DNA from: Acidimicrobiia bacterium
GTDB taxonomy: Bacteria; Actinomycetota; Acidimicrobiia; Spongiisociales; SHLN01
Direction: 5' to 3'
DNA: 64,000 nt
NCBI GenBank assembly: GCA_041567895.1
Contig: JBFGAX010000006.1
Span: 2,330 to 66,329, forward strand
The notes under the pieces are model-generated. The model saw nothing but the letters and a program-made list of their open reading frames with translations, searched no databases and was not told the DNA's origin. A program made the position numbers and the translations under genes. Shown piece by piece: positions 58,772-64,000 of the stretch (its first letter is position 1; every line of letters begins with the position of its first letter).

Positions 58772-59410
58772 TCAGCCACCCCGGTCGGATGGGCTGCGGT
58801 ATCCGATCAGTTTGCCTACAAACGCAAGCACCGGCATGAGGGCCCCGGCTATCCCGGGCTGTCTCATCACGGGCCGCCAATCGTTGGCGAGGACTGCCAT
58901 TTGAAGCAACGGGGGCTCTCCAGTTCTACCGGTCGCAGATCGCTCTCTCCTGAGGCGGTCATAGATCGCGGCGAAATGCATGAGATCATGGCTCGGGTCG
59001 TAGCCGTCGGGGAAAATCACCTCTGAGTCGACAATCAACTGCTCTGTGCCGGAGTTGACAAAGCCGTGAACCCGCCCCGGCATCACTTCGATCATCTCTC
59101 CAACGGCGACCACGCTTGTCGTTCGGCCAACCCGAGCGATCATGCTCCCTGATACGCAGGTGAATGTCTCTATGAGAAAAGGATGAATGTGCGGGAAGTC
59201 GCCCCTGATACCCGGCCCGCCGGGGTCTGCTTCGATGCGAAGAAGGTACCGATCTCCGAGGGAGTCAGGGTTGGCGAGGATCTCGACCGAATGATCGCCG
59301 ATGTCAAGTCGGGTTCCCGAGACCAACATAGCTACCTCTCCAGATCTGAGCTTACGCGAGAACAGCTCGAAGAACCGGCGGCACGCGCAGCCATGAGCAG
59401 AGACTCCCAC
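58772..59410 (-). CDS. Cupin domain protein (start uncertain)
   Basis: The cupin motifs are GDFPHIHPFLIETFTCVSG...GEMIEVMPGRVHGFVNSG. Confidence 0.55.
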   Translation of the reverse strand: MGVSAHGCACRRFFELFSRKLRSGEVAMLVSGTRLDIGDHSVEILANPDSLGDRYLLRIEADPGGPGIRGDFPHIHPFLIETFTCVSGSMIARVGRTTSVVAVGEMIEVMPGRVHGFVNSGTEQLIVDSEVIFPDGYDPSHDLMHFAAIYDRLRRERSATGRTGEPPLLQMAVLANDWRPVMRQPGIAGALMPVLAFVGKLIGYRSPSDRGG

Positions 59411-59524
59411 GAGCGTGACTTACGGGGCTTTTCATAGAGCCGAGTCCCCCGAAAGGCTTGTGTTCTCCGGGTTAGGCTCATTGGGCATGCAGGGTTTCGC
59501 GTTAACCCGCCAGCAAGGCCAGCA

Positions 59525-60022
59525 GTGACGGCCCCGCCTGTATCCGAAGGTATCGTCTTCCTCGCTGCAAGTCTGGTCCCGCATGCGGTCGTGGTCTTCT
59601 TCGTTGTCAGACGTCGCCTGGCAAGGCTCGAGGGAGCGGTCTACCTCGTGCTATGGGGATTGGTCATCGTTGTCGCTGAACATGCCGGATTCGGGCAGGC
59701 AAGATTCGGTGGGTCCGGTTTGGCCACGCATGAAGGATTTCACTTCCACATGCTTGCCACCTATGGCCTTGCCGCATTTGCGCTGACGGGAACCGTGATT
59801 GTGCCGCTCATCCGGCGGGGGGACAGATTGGGGTGGTACGGCCTGCTGGTCCTCACCGTGATCGGGGCAAGCGCAGAAGCTCTCACCGCCACGGTCACTA
59901 CCCCACACGGTGTAGGGCCCCGATGGTGGAGCTGGGGTCTGGCACTTTGGGCCTACCCTCTCGCCTGGCTCATAGCACTCATCCTGTCCAGGCGCCCGAC
60001 CTTCGCATCCGGGTCGAGCTGA
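59525..60022 (+). CDS. Hypothetical membrane protein
   Basis: It has four predicted TM helices. No family was recognised. Confidence 0.45.
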   Translation: MTAPPVSEGIVFLAASLVPHAVVVFFVVRRRLARLEGAVYLVLWGLVIVVAEHAGFGQARFGGSGLATHEGFHFHMLATYGLAAFALTGTVIVPLIRRGDRLGWYGLLVLTVIGASAEALTATVTTPHGVGPRWWSWGLALWAYPLAWLIALILSRRPTFASGSS

Positions 60023-60113
60023 CGATCGGGAGTCTCACCGGGGTCTGTTCTAAGCTTTGGGCGAGTCGCAAATGCGGCTGCTCGCATCGGCGAGCGTAGC
60101 TAAAGGAGAATGT

Positions 60114-60464
60114 GTGGGCGACGTGATTGATGTGGGACCTGCTGCGGAATTGCCCCCTGGCACGGTCACGGGCGCAGGGAAGTATGCCGTGGGGAACGCC
60201 GATGGCAAGTTCTTTGCCGTGACCCGACGTTGCCGGCATCTGTACGCCGATCTGGCAAGCGGTTCGATCGACGAGGATGGATGCCTGGTGTGTCCCTGGC
60301 ATGGTTCGAAATACAACGTCGAGACCGGCAGGATGGTGGTAGGACCTCAAGGGATTTTCGCCAAGGTCCCCGGGTTGGACGCTGCGTTCAAGACCCTCAC
60401 CCTCGTTGTCCCCCTCGGTCGGGGCGATGTCACCGAGCGCGACGGCGAGATCTACGTCGAATAG
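60114..60464 (+). CDS. Rieske [2Fe-2S] domain protein
   Basis: The RBS aaggag at 60103..60108 lies 5 nt before the GTG at 60114. The Rieske boxes are RRCRHLYADL and CPWHGSKY. Confidence 0.7.
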   Translation: MGDVIDVGPAAELPPGTVTGAGKYAVGNADGKFFAVTRRCRHLYADLASGSIDEDGCLVCPWHGSKYNVETGRMVVGPQGIFAKVPGLDAAFKTLTLVVPLGRGDVTERDGEIYVE

Positions 60465-60546
60465 TCAAGAGATCGTCTCCGGTATGAATCATGGTTGACG
60501 CCGCCGGTCTCTAACGTTCCGGATACCTGAGCAGAGAGGCTTCGAG

Positions 60547-60888
60547 ATGTTGGTCGAGCTGGGCGAGATGCTTCATGTGATCGAGCGTCGGCGATTCGAA
60601 AGCGATGTCCGGCGACACTTTTTTGGCGTCGTCGAGGGGGTGAGTGACCGGGCCGTTCGACTCAGCGGGTACCTATTCGTGTTCGTCCCCGGCTCCAGTT
60701 CCTTCTCCAGAAGCAAAGAACGAAGGACTCGTATCATCCCTCTCGCATCCAGCGGGATGATCCTCAACGTTGCTCCCGCCGAAACCGTGCTGGAGAACGT
60801 CAAATACGTCGAGACGAACGGGCGCCTCTCGGTCACCGATGGTGGAGCGTTCAGCCTCGATATCAACGAGTTCAGCAGTTTCCGCTGA
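60547..60888 (+). CDS. Hypothetical protein (weak PilZ-like features)
   Basis: The 113-aa protein has RRRFESDVRR ... GVSDRAVRLSG, loosely reminiscent of the PilZ RxxxR/DxSxxG pattern. The assignment is weak. Confidence 0.35.
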   Translation: MLVELGEMLHVIERRRFESDVRRHFFGVVEGVSDRAVRLSGYLFVFVPGSSSFSRSKERRTRIIPLASSGMILNVAPAETVLENVKYVETNGRLSVTDGGAFSLDINEFSSFR

Positions 60889-60912
60889 CCGCGACGATAT
60901 TCCAATCGCGCT

Positions 60913-61512
60913 CTAAGGCCTTGCGACGAACTCGACCGAGGTGTATCCGGCAAGCATCAGCAGATTCTTGACAACCTCCCTGGCGTTGCTATCTGCTCGC
61001 TGCAAGATGTTCTGTTCCAGCGCCCTGTCGACCAGAATCTCCTCAGCCACCTGCCGTGCGTCGGACTCCAGCTGCGGATCACCCTTTGTGAACAGTCCCG
61101 TATCGCGATCGAACACCTGAGTTGCTTCATTGTCCGTAGCGACATATTGAATCTCGGCATTCGGCAGTCGCACGGTGACCGCGCCGGTTTCGGGATCGAC
61201 CTCGAAATCGGATGTCGTCAACCCGGAGAGATCTACTCCGGCACCGATTTCAGCAACAACCATCATCACGATCTTGTCTCCGGTAGCCCAGTTGAGCCAG
61301 CCGGCGTCGTTACCTTTCTCTATGAGCGTTGACTCGACCATCTCCACGGTTGTCAATTCGGCTACATCGCGCACCGATTGCACCACGGTGGTTCCGACCT
61401 CCGTATACGGTTCCGGGCCGGAGAACGGATTCAATTCGGCCAGAACCAGGCCGATCAGAAACGCTGCGATCATGCCGAGGATGGCGACCGTCGAAACGGA
61501 GAGCTTGTTCAT
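60913..61512 (-). CDS. DUF4230 domain-containing protein
   Basis: An N-terminal TM anchor (VAILGMIAAFLIGLVLA) is followed by a DUF4230-like body (VEMVESTLIEKGNDAGWLNWATGDKIVMMVVAEIGAGVDLSGL). Confidence 0.65.
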   Translation of the reverse strand: MNKLSVSTVAILGMIAAFLIGLVLAELNPFSGPEPYTEVGTTVVQSVRDVAELTTVEMVESTLIEKGNDAGWLNWATGDKIVMMVVAEIGAGVDLSGLTTSDFEVDPETGAVTVRLPNAEIQYVATDNEATQVFDRDTGLFTKGDPQLESDARQVAEEILVDRALEQNILQRADSNAREVVKNLLMLAGYTSVEFVARP

Positions 61513-61635
61513 AGCCAGCCAAGATAGCGTTGTGGCGTAATCAGACAGGTGGCGGAGCCCACAGAGCTTGGCGCTCTGGCAGATCGTCGGTGATCGTGAC
61601 CGTCTAGCCTCAGCCGTAAAGGGAGTTGAAGCTCA

Positions 61636-63351
61636 ATGGCGGTTTCGCAGTCGACGTTCCGAAGCGCGCTGGCTCATCGGGACTATCGGTGGCTCGCTTC
61701 TGCATTCGTGATCTCCAACATCGGGAGCTGGGCGTACAACGTCGCTTTGATCGTCTGGGTCTTCGAAACCACCGAATCGGCAGCGTGGGTTGGAGCCACC
61801 AGCCTCGCACGCTTTCTTCCATCATTGTTTTTCAGCGCGTACGGCGGCGTGTTGGCAGAGCGATTTGAACGCCGAAATCTGGTCGTGCTGTTGAACGGAA
61901 CCTCGGCCCTCACCCACGTCTTGCTGGCGGTGACGGTGGCGATCGACGGTCCAATAGTTGTCGCATTGGTACTTGCCGCTGTGAGCACTATGCAGGGCAC
62001 GGTCTATGAGCCTGCAATTGTCGCATTGACTCCCCAGATTGTGGGGGAATCCGACCTTGCCGCAGCCAATTCGCTCAACGGCATGATTGACAACGGGGCG
62101 GTCGTGGTCGGTCCTGCGGTGGGTGCGGGACTTCTCGTACTGTTCGCTCCCCCGGTGGCGCTGCTGGTCAACGCTGCAACGTTTGTCTACGCGGCTTTCG
62201 CAACATCGCGTGTTCGTACACGTAGCCATCCGACCGATGTGACCGAGGGCGGAAAAGGACCTCTTGCCCAGATGATGGTCGGGGTCCGGGCGCTTGCGGA
62301 GTCACAATTGGCGAGGGCGCTGGCAGGTTTCAGCATTGTTGCAAGCTTCTTCTATGGCACCGACACGGTGCTCCTGGTGGTTCTCAGCGACGAAAGACTC
62401 GGAACCGGACCGACAGGTTTTGGCTACTTGCTTGCCGGGCTCGGCGTGGGCGGAGTGCTGGCGGGACCATTTGTCAACCGACTCGCATCGTCGCCACGCC
62501 TCGGCACAGTTATCGGCATCGGACTGGCGGCTTACACAATTCCAACGACGCTCATGATCTTCGTCGATGAACCGGTGATCGGGTTTCTGCTACAGGTCGT
62601 GCGTGGGGCAGGGACACTGGTTGTCGATGTCCTGGCGATCACTGCCATGCAGCGAACACTTCCCCAGGAACTCGTTTCACGCGTGTTCGGTGTCTTCATC
62701 AGCCTCGTGCTTGCGGCAATTTCTCTTGGCGCATTGGTGACTCCGATCTTGCTCGATGTCTTTGGTCTCACGACCACGCTGGTCGTCTTCGGCGTCGGGC
62801 CTGTTGCGGTCATGTTGCTCGGGATCTCGAGGCTGCTGGCCATCAACCGGATCGGAGCCGAACGCCTTGCCGATCTTGCGGACAGGATCTCGGTGCTCGA
62901 AGCGGCTCGGCTGTTCGCCTCGCTCGCTCGCGGGAGTATCGAGTTGCTGGCATCGGCAGCTACCGAGGTCGTCGCATCGAAGGGAACGAATATTGTCTCC
63001 GAAGGCGAAGAAGCGGATGCCATGTACGTGATTGTCGCAGGCGACGTTGCGGTAACTGCGCAACGACCGGACACCGGCGAGAGGATCCACGTCGCCGATC
63101 TCGGCCCGGGCGACTACTTCGGCGAAATCGGACTGCTCGAGAAGGCTCCGCGTAACGCCACGTGCACCGCAGCAAGCGACTGTCAGCTCTATCGGATTGA
63201 TGGCGAAGCCTTCATCCAGGCGGTTCAGGCGGCGCCACAAACCGGATTCCTGGATCGCGCCCGGCACCGCGAGGCGCAAACGCATCAACTCGTTGACAGG
63301 CCTCGCAGCAAATCCACGACTCCAGAATCGAAAGGCGAGCTCGGCGGCTAG
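61636..63351 (+). CDS. MFS transporter fused to a C-terminal cyclic nucleotide-binding (cNMP) domain
   Basis: There are 12 TM helices of MFS type. The C-terminal cNMP domain is GTNIVSEGEEADAMYVIVAGDVAV...GPGDYFGEIGLLEKAPRNATCTAASDCQLYRI. Confidence 0.8.
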   Translation: MAVSQSTFRSALAHRDYRWLASAFVISNIGSWAYNVALIVWVFETTESAAWVGATSLARFLPSLFFSAYGGVLAERFERRNLVVLLNGTSALTHVLLAVTVAIDGPIVVALVLAAVSTMQGTVYEPAIVALTPQIVGESDLAAANSLNGMIDNGAVVVGPAVGAGLLVLFAPPVALLVNAATFVYAAFATSRVRTRSHPTDVTEGGKGPLAQMMVGVRALAESQLARALAGFSIVASFFYGTDTVLLVVLSDERLGTGPTGFGYLLAGLGVGGVLAGPFVNRLASSPRLGTVIGIGLAAYTIPTTLMIFVDEPVIGFLLQVVRGAGTLVVDVLAITAMQRTLPQELVSRVFGVFISLVLAAISLGALVTPILLDVFGLTTTLVVFGVGPVAVMLLGISRLLAINRIGAERLADLADRISVLEAARLFASLARGSIELLASAATEVVASKGTNIVSEGEEADAMYVIVAGDVAVTAQRPDTGERIHVADLGPGDYFGEIGLLEKAPRNATCTAASDCQLYRIDGEAFIQAVQAAPQTGFLDRARHREAQTHQLVDRPRSKSTTPESKGELGG

Positions 63352-63845
63352 ACGCCGTCCGCGGCAGCCTGCAAAGCCGCGAGATCGAGCTTCTTCATCT
63401 TGAGCATCGCAGCCATCGCCCGTTGTGACCGTTCGTGGTCCGGTCCGGCGAGAAGTTCTTCCATGCCGGGCGGCACGACCTGCCACGAAACGCCGAACTT
63501 GTCCTTCAGCCACCCGCATTGAACCTCATGGCCCCCGACGGTCAGCTTGTCCCAGTAGTAATCCACCTCCTCCTGGTCGGAGCAGTTGATCAAGAACGAA
63601 ATGGCTTCGTCGAAGGTGAACTGCGGCCCACCGTTGATGGCTGTGAAAACCTGCCCGTCGAGTTCGAAGTCGACGGTCATGACCATGCCGGCGACACGCG
63701 GGCCAGCAGGTCCGTAGTACGTGATATTCGTGATGCGCGAGTTCGGAAATACCGACACATAGAAATCAGCCGCTTCCCGAGCTTGCGTGTCGAACCAGAG
63801 ATTGGGCGTGATTCTCGGCAAGGCGTATCCAATCGTGGGCAGCAA
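63348..63845 (-). CDS. VOC family protein (PhnB-like / 3-demethylubiquinone-9 3-methyltransferase-domain)
   Basis: ITPNLWFDTQAREAADFYVSVFPNSRI...FTAINGGPQFTFDEAISF...QEEVDYYWDKL matches the PhnB-like VOC family. It overlaps the MFS gene stop by 4 nt. Confidence 0.65.
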   Translation of the reverse strand: MLPTIGYALPRITPNLWFDTQAREAADFYVSVFPNSRITNITYYGPAGPRVAGMVMTVDFELDGQVFTAINGGPQFTFDEAISFLINCSDQEEVDYYWDKLTVGGHEVQCGWLKDKFGVSWQVVPPGMEELLAGPDHERSQRAMAAMLKMKKLDLAALQAAADGV

Positions 63846-64000
63846 CGTGAGGTGTCAGCCACTGTAGTAACTGCTAACGGAGCCGTGCCATCCGCCGCCG
63901 GTGTGCACTAGAAGCGGCCAGGCGTCAGCGCGTGAACTTCCCTTTGCGGATCCGTTCAGCCTTCATATTGCTGAGTTCTTCTGCGCCATCTACCACGACC

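Noticed and set aside
58562-59026. 154-aa plus-strand ORF with a VOC-like N-terminal string (AIEFFCDVLGFVL)
   Set aside because: It overlaps the better-supported minus-strand cupin gene. The similarity does not extend past about 25 residues. It is probably a chance frame, but the gap 58503..58771 remains unassigned.

Overview
This 64 kb window is a high-GC (about 63-65%) chromosomal segment with dense coding on both strands. Gene content places it in Actinomycetota: the phosphatase/DUF3090/SCO1664 triad, a RamB-like regulator divergent from the glyoxylate-shunt genes, and a single-chain LCC-type multidomain acyl-CoA carboxylase. No transposase, integrase, CRISPR array or rRNA was recognised, and no tRNA-like sequence was found outside coding regions.

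Functional blocks, in order:
- A 5' truncated PLP-dependent alpha-oxoamine synthase, a sensor histidine kinase, an MMPL transporter, ettA, and a fused MFS/spermidine synthase.
- Two very large secreted proteins (1189 aa and about 646 aa) that share a paralogous four-repeat module.
- A tail-less SSB paralog, ggt, the translationally coupled triad, SURF1, and an EEP-fold protein.
- A minus-strand operon: HTH+TOBE regulator, modA, modB, modC, and a thioredoxin-fold lipoprotein.
- A minus-strand acetate/gluconeogenesis cluster: aceB, aceA, glpX, and an archaeal-type (type II) GAPDH-like gene, with a divergent ramB-like regulator.
- yajQ, msrB, and a 1834-aa BC-BCCP-CT carboxylase.
- nifJ-type PFOR with a DHOD-like partner, a TrkA-type K+ channel, a TPP enzyme with an aldehyde dehydrogenase, a Rieske protein, and an MFS transporter fused to a cNMP-binding domain.

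The most interesting signal is in the thioredoxin-fold lipoprotein at 19376..20029 (-). Its redox-active CXXC motif reads W-A-P-H-TGA-P-F-C. The in-frame TGA sits exactly where the first active-site cysteine should be. The reading frame continues intact through a complete TlpA/ResA-like thioredoxin fold, and a stable hairpin lies immediately 3' of the TGA. This is the classic signature of a selenocysteine (UxxC) selenoprotein, one that ORF callers split or label a pseudogene. It sits 35 nt downstream of modC.

Other second-look items:
- A 12-bp perfect palindrome in the mod-operon promoter region.
- A 15-bp x 6 tandem repeat that encodes a PHGEK/PHGDK mini-ORF ending 5 nt before a membrane-protein gene.
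- A frameshifted XRE regulator.
- Several unusual domain fusions.
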